DNA of 64,000 nt from Octopus bimaculoides. Lineage: Eukaryota. The notes below the pieces were generated by a model, which ran no database searches, was not told the origin of the DNA, and saw only the letters and a program-made list of their open reading frames with translations. The stretch's first letter is position 1. Each line of letters starts with the position of its first letter. Where the stretch lies: contig NC_069003.1 of NCBI RefSeq assembly GCF_001194135.2, positions 18,018,296-18,082,295 on the forward strand. Reading direction: 5' to 3'. Shown in pieces: positions 52,066 through 64,000 of the stretch. The translations under genes were made by a program, and so were the position numbers.

Positions 52066-55000
52066 TGGAATTCAACATAGGACTGAAACAAAAGAATAAT
52101 TGCATTACAGAATTAATTCTCATTCATCCTTAACCTCTGATCAAACACCACCAGGGCATATGGTCATTATAGACGTATTATAGTCATGCTATTTAGCTCC
52201 CTTTAATTTTGGGCTACGGGAGCTAGCTTAAAAGTCCGTACAGAGTGCGGCTTGTTTAAATGAATATAAATATATATAAGCTATGTAAATGTCTGTGTAT
52301 ACATATACATTCATTGTCAAATCATGGAGGGTACACATTTGGGTGGGTGGGAATCTCAGTAGGGCATGGTATAATAGGCTGCAAGAAACAGACAAGGTGT
52401 TTTCACCAGTCAAATAATACAAACTAGATTATTTTATATCCATTTTATGGGTGGGCAGGGTTCTTTAGTTGTATTATTAATGTTTTTCACAGTTTAGTTA
52501 ACTGCTGAAACATAGAGTGGGGTTTGGACCAAGTAGAATTACTAGTCTTGCTTTACAGAGAAGTTACTGCTATGTGGTCAATAATTGGACTTCTGAATAA
52601 GATATAGTGTTGAAGCTCTGAGCAGTACTCAGAATAGACATGGCACATGACTTAAAGGTAAGATTTCTTGTATCAGTCGCTGTATCACTGGTTAAATGTC
52701 AAAGGTCATTTTTTACTTGTTTCAGTCATTAAACTATGGTGATGCTGAGTCACCACTTTTTTCTATTTATTTCTTTTCATTGAACTGCTAGGTTACAGAG
52801 AAATAAACAAACCAACACCGGTTGTCAAGCTTCTTTCAGTTTTCATCTACCAAACCCACTAACAAGGATTTGGTAGGCCAGAGACGTATTATAGTAGAAG
52901 ACACTTGTCCAAGGTGCTGTGCAATGGGAATCATGTGGTTGGGAAGAAAACTTATCACACAGTCATAGCAGTAAGCACACAGTAAGCAAACAGGAAGACA
53001 TCAATAATACATTGTAAAGCCAGATTGTATTGTACCATTGGTTGTACTAGATTCATTTTAAATAATAAATAATGTCCAGCACAGCAGTTTTATGACCCAG
53101 ACACACCTGTTGTTGGTCTATATTTATTGCCAACACCCAAATTCTCAAAATGTAGTACAGTCATTCCGTAACAGTTTTTTAAAAAAATTATCAAACTATT
53201 ACATCTAGAGCACAGCAGTGTGCACATGTGTGAAATGATTGGCCATTTTTTAAATGTGCAACGCAATGACATAACCGTCATTTTGGTTTTATGTGGGTGG
53301 ATCATACTAGCAGAGACTTAAAACTATAAAATACTTGATTATCAGGACTGTTTTACTTACAACTCAAAAATACTATCAAACCTGCTTGAAATAGCAGCCA
53401 AATCTCCTTCAATTCACATCCTATTAGCTGTTAACAATACAATTTTACAAGTGTGTATTCTTTTAGGTAGGGAAATTCTGACATTTTTATGTATTAATCT
53501 GATGTTATGATTAAAAATGACCTTAATAGTGAATTGTAGGGGAAATAGATTTAAACAAGGTCTTTGTTCAGACAAAATATCTTACAATTGGTGATTTAGC
53601 ACCAGCAAACCTTTCAAAGAGTTATATTTTTTATGAATTGTTTGACCCTTTTGATACCAACCTGCCTGAGATTGCCTCTGGTTTTATGTATTTAAGTTCC
53701 AGACACCAGCTTAATAATAATAAAATTATTTTACTAAATTTGATAATGATGAAAAGCAGTATATTTCTACAAAAATGTGGTAATGAAAGGGTTAATTCCT
53801 TATGAAATTGTCATAAAAGACAACATAAAAAAATAGACCAATTCAAAAAGTGAGAAAAGAAACCCTTGCAGCAAACTTATTCCTTGTATTTTAAAAGATT
53901 TTCTCTTTACTATTTGCTGATGCAAACTGTTACTATATTCTTCAGATTCTTTTGTTTCAATGTAAATAAAAGTCTAGATAGGAATCCTTGCAATTTAGTC
54001 TCATCATATTTGCATATTTTCATCTCCATCACAGTTCAATGGCTTCTGTAGCTTATTGTTCAATTGGTGCAGGACTGTTTAAACAGATTCAGGTTGGGTA
54101 CAATCATTGTTTCAGAAGGTAAGATAAAGGAACAGAAGCCATTTAGTCATTACACTCCATCCCTCAGTACCAACTACCACCTGGACCCTGAGGGCCTTCA
54201 GGTAAGTTGCTGCAAATACTTCAGCCAGGTCGCCAGATAACTAAACTCACCTCACAACCATTGGAGACTTTGGAAAAGCCAAGGGCAGAACTCTTTCACT
54301 TTCTAAGAAAAGAAAAAGTAAATATTTTGGCTAGACTAAGAACCTGTGAGAATTAAGATAAATAACCTCCAATACAACATCAACAAATATCTTCATAGCA
54401 CAAGACAAAGTAATTTTATTAAATAAGAGCAAAACAGTATTATATTTAATGTAGCAAGTATCAAAAAGTTAATTAGAAATTAATACGCTGTGCATCAATG
54501 ACTTCTATTTTAATTATTTCAGCAAATATGGGAAACAACTTTGGACAGATCTTGATCTAACTGGAACTCAAAAGATCTTAGACTTCACCATACTTGGTAG
54601 ATATTAGGACATCCCAATATATCTGTGAACCCAAATGTCACAGCACAACATTGTACTTGCTCTTATGAAAAAGAATAAAGATAAACTCAATCATAATTCT
54701 ATGACTCAAATTCAGTGAATGTATACATTTTTATAGAGGGGAGGCCCTCACAACAAAAATTACAGTAACTTTTCAGAGATTAACAAGAAAACTATACACA
54801 CTACAAACAGTTTTTTTTTTCATCTCTTTTATATTACTATGACCTGGACAATGTTTTCATATTGAGAAGCTGTCTACACGGAAAAACCAGTGAAGCAAAT
54901 GTGCCTACTGAACAATTTGTCCATTTGTTTCATGGTTCACTTGGCAGATTCTAGAGGTAATGATAATACAATAGGCAGTAAAATGGTTAAACACCAGAGC

Positions 55001-57249
55001 TGATGACTCACCATGGTCTATACATAACCACCATGGTCTGCTACATACAAAAGGAACATTTAGGGCTTACTTGCTGTATGTTTGTTGAGAATACACATGC
55101 ACACAAATACAGCTGAATATTTGGGATTACCTTTATGTTTCTGCTTCCTTGCTCCATGTATAATTTTTTGATATATCAAGGAGACATTGAATAATAATAA
55201 TTTTTACTACTGTAAGCACAGGGCCTGACATTTTGGGGGAAGGGGCTAGTCGATTATATTGAAACTAGAGCTAATAATAATGTAAGGAGACTGTAATAAG
55301 TACCAGGTGGAAAGATGGTTAAAAGAAAAACAGAAAAGCTATGACTTGCATAGGCGCATTCAGGTCTTGCTGACATATTCAGTCAGCTTAGTTTGTGGTG
55401 TGTGATGGTGGTGAAACAGATTTTATAATTATTGCTGATGGGTGGGGGAGGAAAAGCAGAGACTACAGAAAATGCAAAATGAAATGCATACAACATACTT
55501 TGACTAATGTAGAAAACAACCCACCAGCAATAAGAATGTTTTACTTTTGACAAGATCATAAAGATTGTCACACCTAATTTGACCCATCCAACCCATACCA
55601 ACAAGGAAAAGTGGGCCAAAGAAAAAAAAAAAGTTTATATTTTGCCTGGTACCATCTACAATTCCAAATATGGGGAAATACTGAAATTTGAAACTGTGAC
55701 ATTGATACTGCACAAGGATATTTTTCATTATTGTGAGTAACTATATTAGCTAAATATAACTGCTAAAGTGAAGAAAGCGTAAGAACTAGAGGCTAATTAG
55801 TTAATAATCAAATAGAACATAAGTGACATTTTCAGGATTTGTTAAAAACTGCCAAGTCCTGAGACTAACATGCCAATGGAGGTGATTTTAGATCATCTCT
55901 CAATCTGCAAGAAATATAAACTTATCATCATCACCATTGTTTAACCCTTTAGCATTTAATCCACCCTCATACAGCCCAAATATTCTACCTGTTTTATGTT
56001 AAAACTGACCAGATCAAGCCTTTCACACCTACCCAGAATGTCACTCTAAAAATATACAATCACATCATTGAAATCTAAAAGCTACATGATTAAGTTTTTG
56101 TATCACCGAACCAGATGGCAGTCTCAGGCAGTTTGGTATCAAAAGGGTTACATGCAATTTTCTGCCTTGAAAATCATTTAAAAAAAAAAAATTAACACCA
56201 ATATTTGTCTCCTGTTTAAAAAAGAAAAAAAGGGTTCAGCTCTAAATAGGTTAGGACCAGCATTTAGACTAAGAACTGAATAGTTGCTTGTACAAACAAA
56301 TATTTATCTAGCAAGGATACAAATACAGCCTCCTATTCTGGTACACCAGTGCACTAACAAGTTTTCTTCATTACCAATTACTGGCTATTATCTCTTTCCT
56401 CATTTTTCTTTTTTTGGTTCATAAATCATAAGTGTAGGCATGGTTGTGTGTTAAGAAGTTTGCTTCCCAACCACATGGCTTTGGGTTCAGTCCCATGAAT
56501 GACTTTCATCTAACCTTCATCACTTGAACTCCATGTTTCATACTGGTATGAGCTGGACAGTTTGACAGGATTCAATAAATAGGTCCACTGACTTCAAGCT
56601 CCATCATCTGCTTTGGCATGGTTTCTCCAGATGAATGTTCTTCCTAACATCAACCACTTTTACAGCACTCTGCACACTTTATTCATGACACCAGCACTTG
56701 TAAGATCATTGGGTGGGACTTCAACAGAAAGGAAGATGACTTTATACTAGGAAATAAGATGATAAAGTATGAAAGATGATGATGATGGAAATAAAATTGA
56801 TAGATAATCCCAAGTTTGGTTTTACTATTACATGAAATCCAGAGTTAAGTGGTTCCTTTATGTTTCTCTTAAATCCACTTTAAAATACCGGGATATAAAT
56901 TTCAAAAGTGGCTCAAGTACTCAGTGTCATAATTGTTTCAAGCCCACATGACATCTGACAATTTCCATATAAAAATACAAAGCCATCTCTGTTCAGCGCC
57001 CACGAAAGTATTGATAGCATATATAACACTATGTCACTGATTTTCTAGGAACTTATATGCTTTAGCTTTCAATATGTTGACCTAGTTATTTCAGGCAGAA
57101 CTTCAAGTGCTCTGCTGAAATGAGTTAACAGATGAATGCTTTAAACCAGGCCTGGTTAACTCTAATTACATTGCGGGCCACTTTAATCACAGAAAGTTTT
57201 GTGAGGGCCGCTTGTATACTAACAAAATTGAAAGCATTTTGCTTTCTCA

Positions 57250-57790
57250 TCAACATCGTTTAACGTCTGCTTTTCATGCTAGCATGGGTTGGACGATTTG
57301 ACTGAGGACTGGTGAACCAGATGGCTACACCAGGCTCCAATCTGATTTGGCAGAGTTTCTACAGCTGGATGCCCTTCCTAACGCCAACCACTCCAAGAGT
57401 GTAGTGGGTGCTTTTACGTGCCACTGGCACGAAGGCCAGTCAGGTGGTACTGGTAATGGCCATGCTCAAAATGGTGTATTTTACATGCTACCTGCACAAG
57501 AGCCAGTCCGGCTGCACTGGCAACGCTGGGCACAGGTGCCATCACGATTTCGCTTTTGCTTGCCACAACAGGTCTTCGCAAGCCGAGTTTTGTGTCCAAT
57601 GAAGGAGACGACATTGGCATGGGTGCCAGTCGTCAAATTTAGTTTGATTACGATTTCACTTGCCTGAACAGGTCTTCGCAAGCGGAGTTTAGTGTCCAAT
57701 GAAGGAAGGTATGCATAAGTGGGCTAGCTACACCCCTGGCATAGGCCTTGGATTTAGGTCTCACTTGGCTTGCCGGGTCTTCTCACGCAC
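57250..57790 (-). mobile_element. RTE LINE 3'-UTR fragment with an internal duplication of about 70 bp
   Basis: Shares tttacgtgccactggcac and ggatgcccttcctaacgccaaccac motifs with the 3' UTR at 12375-12620 and with short derivatives near 33130-33300 and 36800-36990. Confidence 0.6.
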
Positions 57791-59338
57791 AGCATATTTC
57801 ATGCTCTTATTACAATAATGAATGAATGATTACTGATTCAACACTAAATATTTTGTTGCAAAAGCAGTATCTTTCTTTTTTATTTTTCATTACAATCTTT
57901 AATTTTTGATAAAAGCTTTTAAATGTTTATTTAAATAAACCCATTTCTAGAAGGTATTGAACATGCCGCAAGATAAAAGTCTGTGGGCCTCAGGTTGGGC
58001 AGCCCTTCTTTAAACCAGCTGGTCAAATAAACTTGAACTCATAATTCCAGTATTTTTAAAACCATTCCACTTCCTTCTTTGCTGTTAATCCAGCAGAACA
58101 TCTAGGCTGTGAGTTGGGGTGGGGGGAGAGAGAGAGAGAGAGAAAGACAAGGACTGCATTGACACTTGGCTGCTATTCATTTTCTCGCCGAATAGACTTC
58201 AGTGAAGTGGCATGAGGGAAGTGCCTTGCTCAAGGACACAGTGCACTATGCAATCTAGGAGTCAAATTCAAGATGGAAACATTAACTGATGTAGTCCTAG
58301 ATACATTACATTCAACTCAATACCAAAGTATGAAGATCATGCAGTACATTATGGAATATAACAATATAATAGTACAGTTTTAAATTCTTATGATGTCATC
58401 ATCATCATCATATCAATGTATACTTTTCTATGCTCGGATGGATCCAAAGGAATTCATTGAAGCAAATTTTCTAATCGGATGTCCTTCCTGTTGCGAACCC
58501 TCACCTGTTTCTAATATTTTCCCCTTGACTGAATATATTTTCACAGAAGAGTGGTAACATAGGTTACAGTTTGTATGATAGTGACACCCACTTACATCAC
58601 AATGTAAGGACATGGAGGCACACATATGATGGGCTTCTTTCAGTTACTGTCTACTGGATCCAAGCACAAGGCCTGTCAGTTTGATGCTATAGTAGAAGAT
58701 ACTTATCCAAAGTGCCAGGCAGTGGGACTGAAACTGAAACCATGTGATTGGGAAGTGAACTTACTTAACTACACAACCACGCCCACTTGTACAGTGAGCA
58801 CTTCTACAGACATTCCAATAATGAGCTTGGGAATATTAGAAATACAGAGTTTCAAGTGCAAACAAAACGGAAAGAAGTATTTGGCCTAGAAACATAATCC
58901 CAGGCAAGTTTAGCAAGATATTCCACCACCACAAAACTGGTTTCCATAATTCATGGCATCAACATCTTCAGAACCTAACTAGTTGCCATTAATAGGGAGG
59001 GAAAAAAAAAAGCCCCAAAATATTGATTCCTTCATGTTTCAAGTTTTACTGAAATTACTCCCACCACCATACTATACTTATTTCATGGATCCCAACAGGG
59101 ATGATGTGGATCTAAATCATAGAGGACTGAAACTAAATACAAACAAACGTTCAATTTGGAACCTGCACTGCCACACCAATCAGTAGGAATGCTCCAATGA
59201 CACAGCAAGAACTAAAGTGAGATGGAAATTCATTCACACCCTCTGAGTTTTGAACCATCACTCAGATTTTCAAAACTCAGGAGCACAACTTACCATGCCA
59301 CCATAAAAGGCATTAATGCCATTGCGAATATGTTTCAA

Positions 59339-59445
59339 CCAATCAGCATTGGCTGACTCGTTATGGTTGATGCAGGAAGTATGCAAATTTTGTCAAATAG
59401 CTTGACCAATGGTTCTGGAAACTTTTGCTTAGTATAAAAAGCTTA
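59339..59445 (+). promoter_or_regulatory. Compact Pol II promoter-like motif cluster in lamin intron 1
   Basis: CCAAT 59339-59343, reverse CCAAT 59348-59352, ETS-type CAGGAAGT 59373-59380, octamer ATGCAAAT 59381-59388, CCAAT 59406-59410, TATAAAAA 59433-59440. Confidence 0.5.
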
Positions 59446-60605
59446 AGAATTCGACTTCTGACAAGAGCCACTTTGCAGACCACACAAAGCCATGTCACAT
59501 GGCTCAGTGAGTCTGTCTCACCTTCTTTTACTTTTTCTCATTTAACATGTTTATTTCGTATTCGTCAAAAGGCAACAACCTAAAATTGCAATGTTGAATC
59601 ATACACATAAACTTACAAGCAGTTTATTTTGTCGCCAGCAATTAAGAACTACTTTCATAACCCTTTCCCATCATGTTCGCTATCACATGTTCCATTAAAT
59701 TAAATATATGTACACATGTAAATATAAACAAAGCAGAATAATAGTATATATAAACTCATTAGTGTTGTCATTCTTGTTTTCACATGCATCCTACCTCATA
59801 TTGCGAAGCCATGAATGAATGAATTAAAACCCACTCTAAAATATCGATCCTTTATCTTTTATTTGTTTGTCATTAGACTGCAGCCATGCTAAGACACTAC
59901 CTTGGATGGTGTAGTCAACAAATTTAAGTTTGGTACTTTATCGGTCAACTCACGGGCACTTAAGCTAATGCCAATTGACGGTCTTCAAAGAGTTTCCATC
60001 AACCAAATTTACTAACATGCCATTGGTCAGTTAAGAGCTGCAGATGACATGCACAAGATTCCGCGCAATAGGACTCAACTCGAAACCATGTGGTTGTAAA
60101 ACAAGCTTCTTAAACCACACAGCCATGCTTAGCGTCACTGAAATATTCTAGTCTTTATCTAGAATTAGACAGAGCAGGCACATTGGCAGAAAGGTGCATT
60201 TAATTCCCTGGGGAAACTATGTCGAAATTTCAAAATCTTGTGGAGGATGTTGAAATCTCAGCACCGCTATCCTACACACGCCAAACTGCAACTTATAAGA
60301 AACCAAAAACTGGAAGAAGCCTATCACAATAATCACAGAATAACTTTTATCTATAGAGAATAATCTTGATACAAAACAGATGTAATTTGGCTGTCACTAA
60401 AACTTTTCTATCTTCAATAGCTCTCGCCCCCTAAAGCCTCTTCACACACTCAGTAAGTGTTCTTCCGATAACACTAATTATTGAAACAGTTAAGATACAC
60501 AAAAATCACCTCCTGCCCATCTTTAAAGAAACTGAAAGGTAAACGAGAAAATTACACCTAGATAGAAGTAAACGGTTAAAAAAGTCATAATATAATAAGT
60601 GTGTA

Positions 60606-60639
<34 letters not shown>

Positions 60640-60719
60640 ATTGCAAATTCTTGACATAGTTTCACGACTATTGTTGGGTGAGAGTGGATTGACGAGTGAA
60701 ACCAGTTTGGGGTTGAGGA

Positions 60720-60850
60720 CAGAGGGAGGGGCGTGGTGAAAGAACGGTGAGTCAGAGCAGGAGCAGGAGGGGAAGACAGTTAAAAGGAAAACGTTGGAGA
60801 AAGAAGAATGGAGAGAAAAAGAAAACAGTATACTACCCCGCCCCCACTAA
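60720..60850. promoter_or_regulatory. GC-box/AP-1 cluster (enhancer- or promoter-like)
   Basis: GGGGCGTGG 60728-60736, TGAGTCA 60748-60754, CCCCGCCCCC 60836-60845; CpGs retained in otherwise CpG-poor DNA. Confidence 0.4.
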
Positions 60851-61161
60851 AACACCCACGCAATGTCCGTCAACAAGAAATTTACAAGTTTGAGAATAAA
60901 ATTAATAAAGGCAAAGAATTGTTCTACTGTGCCCGGTACCATGCCACCACCACATCTCTCAACCATGTGTGCGTATATGTGGCCGCTGAGACTAACGATG
61001 GCGATGGTGTCAGCCGAGAATTATCTTGCTCCAGTTACAATAACTATACCAGAAGTTTTGGAGGGAAAAAATATGACTGACAAACCGACCAGAGATAAAT
61101 CGCCAAATAACTATTCTCCCCATCCTATATCACACGTGTGTGCATGCGTATGTGTATATAC

Positions 61162-61200
<39 letters not shown>

Positions 61201-63414
61201 TAGAGAGTGCTTCTTTTGGATTTATGTTTTTTTACAAACTATATATATATATAAAACTACTGCCATCTAATAAAAAGGTTACACTCAGGGTCGGCTCAAA
61301 GTACAGGCTACTCGAGCAGTCGTCCGGGGCGGCGAGTGCATTTTAGTCTACATTTTCAGTTTTTCTCCTTATCATATAGTTTCAAAAAATTATACTTATA
61401 AGGGCGCCGAAGTTCAGCTTGCCCGGGGCGCCAGCAACCCTAGGGACGGCCGTGGTTACACTCAACCTCATTTTGCCGTAATATACTCCTACACTATGTC
61501 TAAGTTGCTAATTATATTAGTAATAAACAACAGCAACTCACTCCAGTTGTTTTAATTTAATAAACGGTGAAAAATAAGGGAGGGGGCAAGGTCTTAACCT
61601 ATTCTTGCCGATTTAAATGACTGTCACAAAAGAACTTTTCAAGTTTCGTTTCTTCAGCAAAACCTGTTGATTAGTCAGCAACTAATCGCTTTCACAGAGA
61701 TCTTTAAAAGGCACGACTTGCAAAATATACACACACACACACACACACACATATATAAACGCATGTCTATTGCACGCCCTGCAAATTTCAATGGATCCAG
61801 TGAATACCAGTAATATACTCAGATATACACACACTTCAATATCTCCGTCTATACACATAAAATATTAAAACCTTCCATTAAATAGTTAATCCAAAATACT
61901 CAAGATGACAATTACTAGAGTGATAGACCTAATCCATCGCCCGGTTTAACACCGCCTTCTCGTGCTTGGATGTACTACTGCATTTGGTAGAGACCACTCT
62001 TTTGTATGTATTCAAATCAGATCTTTAGATTAAAAAGATACTTCATTTCTCTCTCTCTCTGACCAGTTTCAGAGGTCCCTAAAAGTATCAAAGGCATTGC
62101 TTTTCCCTATACCTAAAAGATAAACAGACAGAATTTAGAACCCAGATCAACCCTGATTAAGCGAACCCATGATCAAAAGCATAGCAGCCACGAACCATCC
62201 TTTCTTTTTACACTATATACAAAAGTGTAACTTTTAAATGGATTCCGCTACTTTTTTTTAAAGGTATAAGTAGAGAAAGAGAGATTTGGCTGCTGTTTCT
62301 AGCAGTGGAGATGGCCCGAACAATTGTATTTATTGTACTGGAAGAATCCAGATTGAATCTATCATAGTAAACTACTGAAGCGCACAAAAACAGTTTCACA
62401 AGGGAGGTGGAGAGTAGGCTAGGTGATAAAAAAACCCAGTTTAGAAAGTCTATCTATGGAGGAATTGGTCAAATAATAACACTAACCAAATAACTGATCT
62501 TTCACAGAAATCGATCAACGAACAGTATTGGTTGTATTGAATGGAAATAATGAATATATACAGAATAACCATCACTGATCGGGTATTATCACTACAGCTC
62601 AGTTTATAGTAAACAAACGAATTTATAAATAAGGCAAAGGCAAAATAAAACGAGATGTGGAGCTAAGGTTTTAAAATATATGTGTAGCAGATGTGAAAAA
62701 TGAGTTTACGGAAAAGGAAAGAAAAACAAAGCCGAAATCTAAAGATTGAAAAATACGCGAAATATATAGAGAGGAAGCTACCCGGAATAGGCAGACATTT
62801 TAGACTAAGAATTTTAACAACTGTTAGAACTGTGGTGGAATTGTAGCGATGATGAAATAGACATTAACTGAAATAAGAAACGATTCTAAATAGTTTTTAA
62901 AAAATTAACCCCCAATATATAAATAACTTCATTTATTGCAATCTCAAATATTTCTTAATGCAAACGGAAGCTCATGTCAATACCCGGTAATAATGAACAG
63001 ACATTTATTTATAAAACGATACCTGGGTATATTTATGGAAATGTTATAAATATAATATAAAGCTACTTCAGAATACACTGAATTATATTTAAAATAGTAA
63101 AAATACAATCTAGTTTCGGTAAAAATCCAATATTTTTTCTTTGTTAAAATATTAGAAAGCCAAAATCTGCAATGATTGGCAGATAATTTATATGAAATTA
63201 TGAGGATAAAAAAGAAAAACTGTTGACGGAGGAAGATCATATATAAATAGAATCAGGTCGAGTCAGGAGAGAAAATATATTAGTCGGGGGAGGGTTATTT
63301 TCGGCAAATGATGTAAAAATGATTGCAGTTTTGCAGTCACCAAGCTAAATGTACCACAAACAAAATTGCAGTCGGGTTTTTATAAACGCATATTTGTTAA
63401 TGACTTAATTTGTG

Positions 63415-63464
<50 letters not shown>

Positions 63465-63902
63465 AATACACATACTCAATAAGGTAGTGTTCTATGTCTA
63501 TATTAATGGTTTGGTGCTAAAACTCTAATTAAAGTTATAATTAGCAGCAAGAGCTTTGATTAAAGGGGTATTATTAACAGACACTGAATGCATAGTTTAA
63601 ATTTAATTAAGTAAAAACAAAAACAAAAAACCCGCTGTTATATTGATGTGACTTCAGTGAGTCTGACTATAAATACTAAGATTGCAGAAATATATATTAT
63701 TTTCATTATGAAGAAGTACTAGAAATGAACAGACAGGTAAATACCATCTCAATGAATATTGCTTTAACTATCCTATATTTAAATTGGCCTTTTGATTGAG
63801 CATTTACTCGTGGATAGCACATTCATTATGTGTATTCTTAAATACAGGTAAAAGCGCAGTCAAAATACTAATTTGAATTTAGGACTGAAAAAGCGAAGTA
63901 CG

Positions 63903-63950
<48 letters not shown>

Positions 63951-64000
63951 CATACAATAGTGAGATACAGTACAACTTAGGTGTTTAAATTCAAAAGGGA

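Noticed and set aside
60808-61270. 90-aa and 135-aa plus-strand ORFs as exon 2 of the antisense gene
   Set aside because: No recognisable domain, no good upstream acceptor, and they end in microsatellite-derived sequence.
42711-64000. Canonical lamin exon 1 (head, coil 1A, LNDRLA motif)
   Set aside because: No such minus-strand ORF appears in the track or by reading; it must lie beyond the window.

Overview
AT-rich, repeat-dense eukaryotic DNA from a gapped draft assembly. The SINE/RTE/MITE content and (TA)n/(CA)n load suggest a mollusc, most likely an octopus; this is inference from recall, not a database result. The one host gene I can support is a minus-strand nuclear lamin. I traced nine large exons from 42710 down to 26168 by GT-AG boundaries and continuous frame. 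They cover coil 1B with the lamin-length insert, coil 2 ending [11 protein letters not shown], the NLS RGKKRKV and the Ig-fold tail. A 28-nt microexon (10664-10691) and a last exon at 7861 most likely complete the gene, giving a C-terminus [10 protein letters not shown] with no CaaX box. The canonical head/coil-1A exon is not in the window and should lie beyond 64000. The first intron holds a promoter-like motif cluster near 59.3-59.5 kb. It is flanked by a candidate short alternative lamin first exon in frame with exon 2 and by a candidate antisense first exon. The rest is transposon debris: tRNA-head SINEs, an RTE LINE, an L1/Tx1 3' end, a hAT transposase relic, Tc1/mariner- and piggyBac-type MITEs, Helitron-like copies, a Gypsy LTR/PBS, and a tRNA-head element with a degenerate Penelope-type hammerhead motif. 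There are also several fold-back hairpins. No CRISPR arrays, rRNA or credible tRNA genes were seen. Most ORFs in the supplied track are spurious (N-runs, microsatellites, repeats, antisense shadows).
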